64,000 nt of DNA from Octopus vulgaris (GCA_951406725.2 OX597825.1:56110001-56174000); one strand, 5' to 3'; shown: positions 1 to 14,662, numbered from the stretch's first letter. Notes: generated by a model from the sequence alone, not told the origin. Program-made: numbers and translations.

Positions 1-180
1 CATCAATTTCGGAGTAGAGGTCAGTCGATTACTTCGACCCCATTGATCAACTGGTACTCATTTTATCGGCCCCTAAAGTATGAAAGGCAAAGTCATCCTC
101 GGTAGTATTTGAACTCAAGACGAACGAAATGTAGCTAAACATTTTGTACGGAGTCCTAACTGTAATGCTAGCTCACCGCC
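1..180 (-). mobile_element. tRNA-derived SINE family B, degenerate copy
   Basis: Similar by eye to the reverse complement of 38203-38380 (gtcgattac..actggtact..aaggcaaagtc..tttgaactc..gctcaccgcc). Confidence 0.7.
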
Positions 181-182
181 AT

Positions 183-535
<353 letters not shown>

Positions 536-660
536 AAGTAGAAAAGCACTCAGAGAGCGCAGACCTCCAGTAAGCAGCTTATTTCCACCCATATACACAG
601 CATGTTAAAAATCGCCCAATTTCCCAAACCAACGCCGGCAAAAACATAACTTCCTCCCAT
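536..660 (+). mobile_element. Helentron-associated non-autonomous element (HINE-like) fragment
   Basis: End motif agaaaagcactcagagagcgcagacctcc, plus aaaccaacgcc..aacataacttcct which recurs at 1795-1825. Confidence 0.5.
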
Positions 661-1049
661 ACTTATCTCGACCATCGTCATCATCAACACTGTCTCTGCT
701 TTCACCACAATCACTGTCAAAATTACGATCGCCACAATCAGTTTCTTTACACAGTTGAAAATCCATTATCCGATACTCATGGGACCGAGATTGTTGCAGA
801 TTTTTGATTTTTCTAATTTCGGAGTGCTTTATTAAAAAAAAAATTGCATCTACAAAACTGAACAGTTTGAGGATAGAAATCAAGTCTAAACACATTATCT
901 TATAGACATAACCCGATTGTAGTTCTACATAAATCTTTAATACTTTTTTATACTTAAGACAAACAGAAATGTTAAGATATCAGCCTCTACCCACGTTGTC
1001 ATGCTCTGATTAAAAGGTTAAAGCATAGATTAGCTTACTTAGATAAGTT

Positions 1050-1440
1050 TCGACCGAAGTTGACTCAGGTCATATCTAATTTAGTAGCAGCACCTGGAAG
1101 AAATGCACAATCAACTCTGGGGAACCGTAGCCCATTCAAGCAGAGGGTTATTGTTTTCAGAAATATATTTGGATGTGGGTGGTTTATCTGGTGGTTTATC
1201 TGGGGGTGATCATCTAAGGATCGTTTGAATGCCGTGAAATCACTTTCCTCCTTTATGTGTGTCTGGCACGATGTTGAAGAGAGCAGGGCCAATTGAAGTG
1301 AAATAGTTGCGATACGACACGAACATTTCTGTAGTGGGCCAAGTCTCGGACGAATTTTAAAGATGGCAATATTGATGGAATATTTTCCACATACAGATGA
1401 TATAGAGCTCACAGCGGCGGTGGAGGGATCAATAGTCAAG
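1050..1440 (-). mobile_element. CR1-like LINE 3' remnant
   Basis: Minus-strand frames give NYFTSIGPALFNIVP and EESDFTAFKRSLDD, resembling CR1 C-terminal GPxLFNxLP...FKxxLD. Confidence 0.55.
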
Positions 1441-1459
1441 GCTTGTCATGTCATCCTCC

Positions 1460-1842
1460 GTAGAGTTCCGCCAAGCAGCTCATTTTAAGTTAGATACGCG
1501 AGTAAAATTACTAATAGAGAAGCGAAAATAAACTTTGGAAACAGTAACGCCACCATAAGTTATGTGGAAACGATGAACGTATTTTCAAGGGAGATAATCA
1601 AAGAACGTAACATTGTAATACTTCATGTAAAGTAAATATAACAAATGAAAAATCCTTCAAGAATCCATAAAAATCCCCGGATTACTACCAAAATTTCATC
1701 ATCTGTTCCTTGTGCCATTACCAACTTTTGCAAGTTTCATCAAATACCCTTCACAACATTTTGAGTTATTTTGCACACAGACGGACAGACGGACAAACCA
1801 ACGCCGACGAAAGCACAACTTCCTTCATTGGCGGAGCTAATA
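1460..1842 (+). mobile_element. HINE/Helentron-like non-autonomous element
   Basis: tccgccaag near the 5' end, internal (ACAG/ACGG)n, and a 3' end acaacttccttcattggcggagctaat typical of DINE/HINE elements. Confidence 0.55.
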
Positions 1843-1848
1843 ATAATA

Positions 1849-1919
<71 letters not shown>

Positions 1920-1948
1920 CATGATGATGATGATGATGATGATGAAAC

Positions 1949-1979
<31 letters not shown>

Positions 1980-2026
1980 CCTTTTTTTTCTCTTTAGACA
2001 TTCATTAGTAATCCCCACCCCCAAAT

Positions 2027-2112
<86 letters not shown>

Positions 2113-2161
2113 TATTATAATAATAATAATAATAATTATTATTATTATTATTATTATTATT

Positions 2162-2940
2162 TCTTGGCCACCAGAGTTACCGGTCTAAAGTTATCAACAA
2201 TGTCCCACTTGTTCGAATCCTTTCCCAGCAGCGTGACCACACCTCGGCTCAAAGATCCGGGTATTCTCCTATCCTGCTGCCAATTCAGGTAGACGTTAAC
2301 CAAAAGCTCACCAAACAAGTCTGGCATATGTATAAAGCTCGCAGGACAGATCATCCAATTATGGAGTCTTCTCCCTTGTACAACTAGCTAACGCGTCACG
2401 TATATCTCCAGCTTTTATCGACATTTCGCAGAACTCCACGTCCCTGGCAGAAAATAGCAGTATACCATCAAGATAGAAAGTGAAGTTCACCTCCACCACC
2501 GGGTCACCGCGGGCCTGTACAGTTCAGCAAAGTACTGCTGAAATTCCACGCACATCTTCTTCAACTCGTGTAGCATGCGCCCGTCCCGACCCCTCAAAGA
2601 TCGAACTGTAGTTTTATTACCACGTTGTGCGTCGAACAACCAGGCCCATTGGACGGCTTTCGTTCCCTTCTGCTTTAGAGCACGTGTGCTAGCTCTGACA
2701 ATGCAACCTTCAGTAAGACCGACCGTATCTCGAGATGCAGGTCTTTTCTGAACAACACTACCACCCGACCCACCATTCCCGGTCGACTAAGAGATGTAAA
2801 AATCACAAATTCATCGAAAATGGGAGCCAAGGCCCGTGTGTCCGCGACCTTGGTCTCACTGACGGCTATTACATCTAGACTCAGCCACCTGGCTTCCACG
2901 ACGATCCCAAGCGACGTACATTTATACAACCTGCTTTAAA
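2162..2940 (-). mobile_element. L1/Tx1-clade LINE remnant (APE N-terminus joined by deletion to RT start)
   Basis: LDVIAVSETK...GRVVVLFRK (APE motif) and SRGVVTLLGKD..IVDNFRPVTL (RT motifs 1-2). Confidence 0.75.
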
Positions 2941-3297
2941 AACCACCATGCTGTCCAGGAAGTAAGGAAAATTAAAAGGGAGTGTTATTTACCCTCCTAG
3001 TGCTGTCTATGGTCGAGTGGTTCTCCCACCCTGTCTGTTTTGTTGGGTTCCTCTGGGAACCCCTTAAAAGCCATCTACTGCACCTTACATGGGAAGATCC
3101 AATGTCATACGAGTAGTTCTGCTTATTGCTCGTATAAGTCTGATTTCATTCGCACCATCATTAGGCTCTTTAGTACTCTAAAAGTGTTTGGACTGCAGAT
3201 CATCCCTTCTGTTTCAATGTTCTCGTTTTGTGCTACGAGGGCCATCAGGTTTTTATTGGCCTTCCTCACTAACATGAAGATCTGCTGCAGTATCATC

Positions 3298-3344
<47 letters not shown>

Positions 3345-3419
3345 CAGCTTTGTCCATCACACAGCCACTTTCACCATAACCATTAGTAAGAGAAACATCG
3401 CTTGCTCTGCTTTGTGAAA

Positions 3420-4195
3420 GGCAGATGGTGGGGCGACCCTCATGATGGATTCGGCCGAGAGTCGGAATAGTCCGACACATGATAACAGCTGTTCGACAAA
3501 ACTTCACAATACAAAAATGCTCGGGCGCTGTAAGAGTGCGTGCAGTGCGGTTTCGTCACCCTGCACGCATTTCGGGTCAACCCACTCGATGACATTTCTG
3601 TGCCTGCAGAGTCACTTCAGGCTGGTATTTCTGGAAATTTACCACAGGAGTTCCGGGCCCGAAAGTTCTCCGAAGTAGACCAGCTAGTTCAGCCTCGTCG
3701 ACATTTGGAGTTTCGCCGTGAACGGCATTGCTCTTACCCACTACTAGATTTCACTATTTCGCTAAAGCAAAACTCACACCGATCGTATTACCCGACAGTG
3801 AGCGCCTGATGACACCCCAGGTGCCAGGCGCCCAATCTTGGACTTTTCTTGATCCTGGACTGCAGAGATGAGCTACGGAAATGTGTCTTACAGACAGAGA
3901 CTACACCTTCCAGGAAGATTTGTAAACGGCTTAGATGGAGCACTTGTCTTTGCATCAGCAGTTATGGCATGCCAAGCCCGTTCTCTAGAGGGCTCTGGCA
4001 ACAGATGTACCGCCTGAAAAGTGGAACGCATCCTTTCCATAGTAAGTTGAAAACTAAACGCTCTGGTCAAGCCCAACATTGACTGACGTAAGGCACATGA
4101 GTCAGGTGGTTAGCTATTAGGTAGGTGATGTAAGCATTCGCAACCTCTGCTCGGCCTTTCAGGTAGAATTTTTCCCTCAGCGAATTTCTGAGTGA
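3420..4195 (-). mobile_element. L1/Tx1-clade LINE remnant (post-RT region)
   Basis: LKGRAEVANAYI...LVFNLLWKGCVPLFRRYICCQSPLENGLGMP matches the L1/Tx1 FLWxG...GGLG region; contains stops. Confidence 0.7.
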
Positions 4196-4247
4196 GACTG
4201 GAATAATAATAGTAATAATAATAATGATGATGATAATAATAATAATG

Positions 4248-4328
<81 letters not shown>

Positions 4329-4347
4329 TAATAATAATAATAATAAT

Positions 4348-4711
4348 TGTGCATCTCTGATCACGAGCAGAAGTAGTGGGGGAGCATCATAGCCATGTGT
4401 TGAGAGGGATTCTTTGGGGTTTGAATAGTTCACCTCTGGAAACATGGGTGGTTCTTTCAACATCCTTAAACAACCCTTATTCAGGGACCGTTTGAGCGGG
4501 ATGGGCTACTCAACCTGAAGAAAATTCTAACTGGGCCCCACCTGCAAGGTCATGTGCTGTTTATCTTGATATGAGATCACCATGTCGCGCACATATGGTT
4601 GTGATGCATGTGCCTGGTGTACCTTTATCAGACGGGTAGTCATGATGGGTATATTGGGCTTCGTATATTTACCCCAGTGTCACTTTGATGGCATGAACTG
4701 CTCTCTCACTC
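4348..4711 (+). mobile_element. AAT-tailed non-coding retroposon family D, 5'-truncated
   Basis: Closely matches 18105-18471; ends ctctctcactc followed by (AAT)n. Confidence 0.8.
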
Positions 4712-4749
<38 letters not shown>

Positions 4750-4813
4750 TGATGATGATGATGATGATAATTATTATTATTATCGTTATTATTATTATTA
4801 TTATTATCATTAT

Positions 4814-5690
4814 TGAGAGAGCACCGCATGCCAGCAAAGTGACACTGGGGGAAAATATATGAAGCCCAGCATACCTATCATTACTGGGCTTCATATACCA
4901 GTTTGATAACCGGCAGATGCACCTCAACAATATGTGGGAGACATGATGATCTCATACCATACTACAAAATTTTCTTCAGGCTCAATAGTCCATCCTGCTC
5001 AAAATGTCCCTGAATAAGGGTTTTTTTTACTCGTTTACTCTTTTACTTGTTTCAGTCATTTGACTGTGGTCATACTCGAGCACCGCCTTTAGTGGAACAA
5101 ATCTACAAAAGGACTTATTCTTTGTAAGCCTAGTATTTATTCTATCGGTCACTTTTGCCGAACCGCTATATTACGGGGACGTAAACACACCAGCATCGGT
5201 TGTCAAGAGACGTTGGGGGGACAAACACAGACACACAAACTTATACATAGATATGTATATATACATATATACGACGGGCTTCTTTCAGTTTCCGTCTACC
5301 AAATCCACTCACAAGGCTTTGGTCGGCCCGAGGCTATAGTAGAAGACACTTGCTCAAGGTGTCTCGCAGTGGGACTGAGCCTGGAACCATGTGGTTCGTA
5401 AGCAAGCTACTTACCACACATCCACTCCTGCGCCTATAAGTTGTTTAAGTATGTTGAACGACACATCCATGTTGCCAAAGGTCAATTATCCAAACCCCAA
5501 AGAAATGCTTTCAGCACATGGCTATGATGCTCCCCCACTACTTCTGCTCGTGATCAGAGATGCACATGCTCAACTGGTTAAGGTCAAACAACTGACAAGC
5601 AAATCTGTGGTAGTGAGCAGAATATATGCTGTAGTGCATCTTTTACACTAAGACAAAACAACGTACATGATAATACTTCCAATCAGTTAT
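4814..5690 (-). mobile_element. Family D copy interrupted by a SINE A
   Basis: Reverse complement of family D, split at gaataagggtt by the SINE at 5025-5437. Confidence 0.75.
5025..5437 (-). mobile_element. tRNA-derived SINE family A, full length
   Basis: Reverse complement of 23546-23970; tRNA-like head, internal TA/CA tract, (GAGTAAA) tail. Confidence 0.85.
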
Positions 5691-5697
5691 ATCATTA

Positions 5698-6220
5698 TTG
5701 AATGAGAGAGCAGTGCATGCCATCAAAGTGACACTGTGGTAAAATATACGAAGCCCAGTATACCCATCATGACTACCCGTTTGATAAAGGTACACCAGGC
5801 ACATGTGTCACAACCATATGTGCGTGACATGGTGATCTCAAGATAAACAGCGCATGACCTTGCAGGTGGGGGCCCAGTTAGAATTTTTTTCAGGTCGAAT
5901 AGCCCATCCCGCTCAAAAGGTCCCTGAATAAGGATTAAGGATGTTGAACGAGCCACCCATGTTTCCAAAGGTGAATTTTGCAAACCTCTAAGAATTCCTT
6001 TCAACACACGGCTATGATGGTCCAACACTACTTCTGCTCGTGATCAGGGATGGACATATCATCAGCCACAAAGAGATATGCTCAACTGGTTAAGGTCAAA
6101 CTGACAAGCAAATCTGTGGTATTGAGCAGAATATTTGCTGTAGCCCATCTTTTATACCAAGACAAAACAATGTACATGATAACACTTCTAATCAGTTAAG
6201 ATGAGAAGCCATGAGAGGCA
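5698..6220 (-). mobile_element. Family D copy, near full length
   Basis: Reverse complement of 17945-18471. Confidence 0.8.
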
Positions 6221-6278
6221 TATTATTATTATTATTAATAATAATAATATTAATAATAATAATAATATTATTAATATT

Positions 6279-6374
<96 letters not shown>

Positions 6375-6469
6375 TATCGGTTTCTTTCGGGGCAGGAATC
6401 GTTAAGTCCTTCATGGTAATAGACTACCAACTTGATGCGATCGTGATTAGGCACATACATATATACATA

Positions 6470-6780
6470 TTAGGTTGTGATGTATGAAATTTGTAGAAAA
6501 GAGAAAAATGTTTACTAATGTTTTATAAATACAAGGAACAAGTTTATTCATCAATATACACCCATATTGTCAATACACTTTTGTCATTTCAGTGGTCGCT
6601 TTCCAGCCCGGAACTGTAAAAGGCTGGCAAACTAGAGTTAGTAAAATCTTTGAAGGCCTGGCGTTGTCATGACTAAAGTGGGCTGTTTCTGCATCATTTG
6701 GTCTAGTTGGATGCAGTATAGTATATTTCGGCTGTGATTGATGAGCCAGGTTTAATGAAATCATAATGGATTACATCTAC
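6470..6780 (-). mobile_element. mariner transposase remnant
   Basis: HDNARP motif in ORF 6570..6764 and C-terminal QKCIDNMGVYIDE*. Confidence 0.6.
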
Positions 6781-7055
6781 GCCAGACCACCATCATCTTC
6801 TTTTGATGAATTTTGTAGAAGACACTTGCCCATGGTGCCACGCAGTGGGATTGAACCCAAAACCATGTGGTTAATTAGCAAGCTGGTTACCACACAGACA
6901 CTCCTGCGCCTATTTGTATGAATGTATGTATGTATGTATGTATGTATGTATGTATGTATGTATGTATGTATTTGAAGAAATACCGACAGACAGACAGAAA
7001 GAGAGATCACAAAATTATATTTGAAGAGCACAATAGCAATCCAAAACTGGGTTCC

Positions 7056-7360
7056 CGTCACTCCGTCGGTTACGACGACACGGGCTCCAGTTGATCCGAT
7101 CAGCGGAACTGCTTCTTAGGGAAATTAACCTACAAGTGGGTTGAGCACTCAACAGACACGCGTGCCCTTAGCGTAGTCCACGGCGAGTGACAAGGCTGGC
7201 CTTTTGAAATACAAGTACTCTACATCGATGCCAGCTGAGTGCACTGGCGAGCAATGTGGAATGAAGTGTCTTACCCATGGTGATAATGCGCGTCGGTTTT
7301 TGAACTCACAACCTTACGATTGTGAGCTGAATGCCTTATCCACTGAGGCACGCACCTTAA
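7056..7360 (-). mobile_element. tRNA-derived SINE family C, degenerate
   Basis: Similar to 59400-59725 (cactccgtcggttacgacga..gttgatccgatc..aagtgtctt). Confidence 0.7.
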
Positions 7361-7671
7361 CCGAAACTGGATTACTCCTTACCAGATCTTAAGTGGATTT
7401 AGGTAAGAATCTTCTGCTATAGTAGTAATAGCAGTACGAATGATTTCGAATGATTTTTCGGTATTTCTTGCGTATATCTGCCAATCTTGCTAGAACTAGC
7501 TTTCACTATAAATTTCCGATTTTATCAATTCTTTTGATGGAATATGACTGATTATAGTTTGAAGGTCACCAATATCAATACAAGTAGATATCGGTTGGTA
7601 TCAATAGCGGAGATGTTTGAAATCAGCCGGAACAGGAATTGTTTGATCGGCACATTTGATTTGGTTACTCG

Positions 7672-7910
<239 letters not shown>

Positions 7911-8534
7911 TTTAATGTTTTCACGCTCGATCGCCTTCCCAGTTCTTGACCTCGGCTGGTGACCCCCCTACACTTATCAGATTTACCAAAATTACATCCC
8001 CCAAAGGCATGGATTTCTCTTGAAGAACAGAAAACTCATCTGTTCCGATCACTTGCTGCCCACCACCCATCATTTCACTGAGGACCCACATCTATCGATC
8101 ACGGCTGCTACTACCTCCGCCACCACTACCGCTGCTGCTACAGCTAGATATTCATAAACTTCGTAGACGACATCTAAGAGAATGACATAACTCTAATTAA
8201 CAAAATTTCAATCACCATATCAACCCACATCAACCATTGTCTCAAAGACAGACGCCTACCTTCTTATCTCACTTAATTCTTCGTCCGCTATCGCAACTAC
8301 AAGCAATCCTACTTCCAGTACCTTCCATACACATCTTTATACATACGTTTCCGCACGCGACGCACCCCATCCCACATGTCGCCAATATCGACATTAAGAA
8401 TTAATGTGTTTCGATTAACGGTCTATCGCTACTAAACACCTAAATACAAATAGGACCCTTTCACTTCCACCCCACCTCAGATATACAACATCCCAGAATC
8501 CTCTTCACCTCTATACCTAATTATATATATATAT

Positions 8535-8611
<77 letters not shown>

Positions 8612-8659
8612 GTATATATATATGTATGTATATATATATATGTATGTACATATACATAT

Positions 8660-8690
<31 letters not shown>

Positions 8691-8691
8691 C

Positions 8692-8759
<68 letters not shown>

Positions 8760-9939
8760 GCACATACACAAAAAAACACACACAACACATATGTATAGAA
8801 ATACACTCACGTATAGAAAGATAGAGAGATAGACAGATAGAGACAGATAGATGAACATTTGTGTGTGCGTGTGTGAGCAAGTATGCATATGTATGTACGT
8901 ACGTATGTATGTATAAAAGACGAACCAAAAAAATATGCTTTCAAAATAAATATATTTAGTATACTTCGAGTTTCTGAATTTCCTCAAACTTTCCAACATA
9001 ATTCCTACGAAGCCATTTTTTTCTCCTAGTAGCATAACACTCTCGAAGAAGCAATATTTCCCGTCGACCAAAGAACACCACAACCACTACCACCATCAGC
9101 TCCACCACCTCCACGAAAACACTACCACCACCAACATCAACACCAACACCAACAACGCCAACAACAATTTAAACACACAGAAGAATCAATGCATGTTTCT
9201 AGTGACATTATAGAAACAGAACTAAGTGCCTACAGAAGTCAATTAGCCAAAATCAACAATACTAACGTCGGATGAAAAAGAAAAAATTATTAGATATATA
9301 AGATTTTCAGAATAAAGCCATCTTAAGCCGCATCTGTGCTTTACAATGTGTAACAATAGTTTTAATGCTTGGATTGTGTGTTCCAATATAAGAATTTGAA
9401 ATTGGACAAAGATCACTCTAACTGAAATCATGATCTATGCAAACACAACGAAATCTCCGGCAGCAAGACAGTTTAAAGTTGTAATCAAAACAGAGATGGA
9501 GTCAGTGATGTTATTATAAATATTGTTTATGTTAATATGGAACGCTGCAAGGCAGGAATTCCGAATTCGTTTAGAAACAGCCTGGAAAATCTGTGTTTTA
9601 AATATGTTTGTAAGTTTGTTTATGGCGGATATTGGAGTGAATGTGATAGTAACGAGGACATTTTTTTAAGTTTCTTATGAGGTGTTCTGCTAACAACGCA
9701 ACAATTTGAAGACGTTTACGACGACAGCAACAGCGTTGGCGTCGTCGACGTCGTCGTCATCGTAACCGTCATCATCATCATCATCGTAGTCGTGGTCACC
9801 ACTGTCGTCATCGTTTGTCTTCATTGAGGTCGTTGTCAGCATCGGCATCAAAGGCTAACAGTAACGACAACAACAACTGTAATAAATAGCAGCAGCAACG
9901 ACAACTACAACAAAACGAAAAGAATATGATGATGATGAT

Positions 9940-9970
<31 letters not shown>

Positions 9971-10324
9971 GGAGGAAGATGGTGGGGAAGAGGATGATGA
10001 TGATGATGATGATGATGGTAAGGATGATGATGATGACGACGACGGCAATGAAGGAGGAGGTGGTGGTGGAGGAGGAGGTGGTGGTGGAGGAGGAGGTGGT
10101 GGTGGAGGAGGAGGTGGTGGTGGAGGAGGAGGAGATAAGAAGGGGGAGAAAGATAGGAGGAGGAAGTGGAAGAGGGGAGGAGGGGGGGGTGATGTGAGGA
10201 GGCGGAAGAACGTGAGGGGAGGGGATGATTTGAAGAGGAGGATGGGAGGATGGGAAGAGGAGGAAAATAAAACGTGGAGGAGGAGGTGGAAAAGAAAAGG
10301 TGTGTAATAATAATAATAATAATG

Positions 10325-10371
<47 letters not shown>

Positions 10372-10384
10372 AATAATGATAATA

Positions 10385-10810
10385 AATAGTAATAACAACA
10401 ACAACAACCATGACCACAAACCCAAAGGCATAATCGAAAATGATAATGCAAAGATCCTGAGGGATTCTATGATTCAGTGCGGCCATGAGATAGAGAATAA
10501 GTAGCCAGACATAGTCTTAATTGAGAAAGAAAGCAAACTATGCAGGATCATAGATATAGCATGTCCAGCTGACAACAAGGTGTGCGAAAAGGAAGACAGA
10601 GCCTGGAAACAGCGAGCAAAAGTCTTGAGAAGTACAAGGAACAAATAGGGGCTGCAATAAGGGTGGAGCACTTGCATAAAACAGCACTGCTTGGAACCGC
10701 TCGAATACTCCGGAAGGTGCTCGAAAATGAAAGGTGTTACCTTACTTCACTGGTAGTGAACAGCTGACACCGTAGTACATCTCCAGCGTTAGAAGCTCTG
10801 CAAAGGCAAT
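10385..10810 (+). mobile_element. Dong/R4 element 1, 3' fragment (REL endonuclease)
   Basis: HKPKGIIENDNAKIL..PDIVLIEKESKLCRIIDIACPAD then HKTALLGTARILRKVLE, with an internal deletion; flanked by TAA repeats. Confidence 0.85.
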
Positions 10811-10830
10811 AATGATAATGGTAATAATAA

Positions 10831-13800
10831 TTAGGAGAAGGAATACTCTGATTTAAAAACTGGGGTAGATAGGACTCCTTAGTCAAACCCGGCTCCTTCA
10901 CAAAATCAACAGAAGTGTGGGAAAAGGCGAGTATCTGGCGCCTCCAAATAACCAGTGCTCCGGTTAGGCTGTACTGGTTAGACTTGGGTGGCAAGTAGCC
11001 TTGGAGAAGGAACACCCCAAGCCCAAAACCAGGTGAGCAAAGGATACTGCCGCCTTGGTGGACTACTTTGATAGAGATGGTGTCTCGATAAAAATACCGT
11101 TTGGTAGCAACCTAAAAACACACGTCATTTGTGAGTGAGAATGCCAAGCAAAATAAATGACGATAATGGTGAGGGTACCGCACCCAGAAGATGTCCCACT
11201 GTGCAGCAGGGTGGGTCCGGTCGTAAACCAACAACTGCTAGCCAAACTTCAACACGTAGTCTTTGTACTGGTGTAATTATGCAATGTGCTCGCAAACGCA
11301 AGTGGTTTGTTGATATGAACCAAAAGGTGATTCAGTGCCATGAATAACCCCTGCTAGACAAAATCAATGGCAAATGTAAAGCTGTCGGAAAAAGATCATT
11401 AGAACTTTGGAACCAGCTGGGTATGTTCTAGGTTACTGAAAATGGACATATGAATCAGATAAGAATAATTCGGAATGGAGGCTTTCTTAATGAGGCCCAG
11501 ATTCAGACAATCAGGAAAAGCCTCGGTAGTGGTGAGCATCTCGAGGAGGATAACGTAGGTGACGATTAGCGAATGCGTAGCCAAGATGAACATGTAGTGG
11601 AGGAGAGGCTGGTCAATCAATATAATGTAGAAAATTCTGAAATAAGAGAGAATTTGATTGAGGAACAGAGAATCCTCAGGAAAAGAGTCGAGGATATAAT
11701 AATTACAAGAACAGAGATCACACCGGTGAGTCTAAGAAGCTTCGAGCGTAACAATGTGAAACGCGTGACCCCAAAAGTTGACGAAATTTTGAAATACATT
11801 CTGAAAAAATGTCTAACGTAAACAAGAGACTTAATAAGATCCACTTCAATCTTAGTTGGTGAACTGGTTGGAAAGAAACAGAGGAAAGTAGATAACAGAA
11901 GGAGCCAAGGTGGAAGCGGAGAATTGAAGGCGATATTCTAACTTTGCGTAAAGATCTGAGCCACATAGAAGAGTAGTCCAAAGGGCAATGGAAAATAGAA
12001 AAGAAAATGCAAGTGCATATCTTGTCGCGAAGTACTAAACAGAAAAGAATGGATTCAAAACTTTCATGGAACCCCCAAAACAACGTGTGCGGGCTAAAAC
12101 ATTAAAGGTGGAGCCCTACACTGATCCTATATCGTAGTTCCAGCAAAACTGGTTATTCTCAAATAACCAGAGGTAGTTTTTTAAGGGCTTAGGAGGAAAT
12201 ACAGAAGATAATACACCTTCTGAAGCCGAAGAAACCCGCCAATTTTGGAATAACATCTGGGGACGAGAGGTTTCGCATAACTACAGTGCTGAGTGGATTC
12301 ATTCCATGAGATCTGAACTTCATCAATCGAAGGCTCCACGGCTGAACCATGTGCGCATAACAACGGATGATGCTATTGGACAGATATCAAAGCTGCCAAA
12401 CTGGAAAGCGGCAGGACCAGACGGAATTCAAGGCTACTGGATCAAGTAGTTTAAGTCAATAAACAAGAGAATTGCTGCCTAAAACAGTGCAGTTCCGGAG
12501 TGGATGGTAGAGGGAAGAACAACATTGTTAATGAAAGATCGGTCAAAGGGCAATGAGGTTGGTAATTACCGACCCATTGCTTATTTTAACCTCATATGGA
12601 AAGTTTTAACAGGTAGCCTCGCAGGGAAAATATATACGTTGTTTCCGGAAAACAATCTACTACCAGTAGAATACAAGGGATGCCGAAAAGGATGCAAGGG
12701 CACCAAGGACCACCTTGAGATAGATAAGATTATAATGAAGAACTGTAAACGGTACCAAAAAAACTTATGCATAACCTGGATAGACATGTTGCCGCATTCG
12801 TGGATTTTGGAAAAACTCAATATGTGTGGAATAGCTGAGAACGTGTGTGCACTGATTAAGAATAGCATGCCTAGTTGGAAAACACGTCTTTCTTGTAATA
12901 ACCAGCACTTAGCCGAGGTAACAATCAAAAGAGGTACCTTCCAAAAGACTCTTGTTCATCTCTGTTATTTGTTATAGCCTTGATCCCACTTTCTGTAGTC
13001 CTACGCAAAATGAACGTGCACTATGAGCTGAGAAAGAACGGACCTCGTCTCAACCACCTTCTCTTCATGGATGATTTCAAAGTATTCGTAAAAACAGAGA
13101 CTGAAATGTGGAGGCGGGTTGAGACTGTGCAACTGTGAAACAAGGATATAAGGATGGTATTTGGAATCTCGAAGTGTGCAGTGCTTACGTTGAAATGAGG
13201 GAAAAGTGCAGATTGCAGGGGCATAGAATTGCCAAACGGTGAGGGCATGGAAGACCCGGATTATGATGGGTAAAAGTACCTTGGGATCCTGCAGCTGGAC
13301 AATATCTTGCACACAGAAATGAAAGACAAGGTCATCACTGCATATTTCAAGCGCCTCAAACTTCTCTTGAAATCAAAGCTCAATTGAAGGAACCTTGTGG
13401 CTGCCATCAACATATGGACTGTTGCTGTAGTCCGCACCCATCTTGAAATGATGCACCCATCCAGAAATGCACACAAGCGGAGATTGACCAACTTGATCGC
13501 ACTACTCGAAAGACGTGGTGCCCTCCATCCTAAGGCAAACATACACAGACTCTACATGAAGAGGGGTAAGGTGGACGTGGGCTGATTACGGGATGTACGG
13601 GAGTACATCAACAGTGAAAGAAGAAACATGGCAGAATATTTGGTAAACAGCAAACAAGAGCTGCTACAGTATGCTGCTAGTGCAGAAGGAGTTAACAAAA
13701 TTGGACTTCAGAGTGCTCATGAATTTCGATGAAGAACAGCTAACGAAAGAGAAGAAAACCCACTCCGTATGGAATTGCATGGTGAGCTCCACTGTGAAAC

Positions 13801-14606
13801 CAACGAATTAAAAGACCAGGGAACATCATGGAGGCGGCTCAACAAGGGTGACCTAAAAAGAATGCTGAAAGCCTAATTATCGCTGCCTAGGACCAGGCAT
13901 TGAATACCAACTCAGCGGAAAAGAATATAGAGCACACAAGTGCAATGGACCTCTGCAGATTGCGTGGGAAGAGGGTCGAAAGCGTGTTAGTGCTTTTGAA
14001 ATTCTTGCGCAGACACGATAATTCTTGCGTAGACACGATAAGGTAGCCCAAAATCTCCACTGGCTACTATACCGTAAGTAAGGGTACCAACATACACTGG
14101 AAAAGTTAATGGACAAAAAGGGAAAGGTAAAAATCCCCTGGAACTTTGATTTCCATGGAGGCAAACTGTTAGAGCGCCGAAGGCCGGATATAGTAACCTT
14201 CAGGAGGGACAAATATGAGTGCCGAATAATTGACGTGGCAGTACCAGGAAATCAACATATCATCATGAAAGAAAGAGAAAAAGTTGATAAATATAGAGAC
14301 CTGAGAATTGAGATCGCTAAGATGTGGCAGCTACGAGAGTCAAACATAAAGGTTATATCTGTTGTCGTAGGAGCACTGGCTTCAATGCCACCCAACCTGA
14401 AAATACATCTGAAAACCTTAGAAATTCCCTACAATCTAGATGTATTGTAAAAGTCGGCATTACTTGGAACTGCACGCATATTGAGAAAGGAACTGTCTGT
14501 CTGAGGTCGTTGTTGTGACTTGACAATCAGTGCAACCCCACCCTTACCCTGGTAGACATAATATCTGCAATCAACAACCCCATGATATTGTATACTGTGC
14601 GTCGTC

Positions 14607-14607
<1 letters not shown>
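10831..14607 (+). mobile_element. Dong/R4 element 2, near full-length and decayed (5' region, RT, REL endonuclease)
   Basis: NWKAAGPDGIQGYWIK, GRTTLLMKD..GNYRPIA, LNHLLFMDD, RRPDIV..IIDVAVP..EKVDKYRDL, KSALLGTARILRK; many stops and frameshifts; (TAA)n at both ends. Confidence 0.9.

Positions 14608-14659
<52 letters not shown>

Positions 14660-14662
<3 letters not shown>

Noticed and set aside
2960-3295. Possible 3' end of another R2-superfamily element on the minus strand
   Set aside because: Motif resemblance too faint to call by eye.
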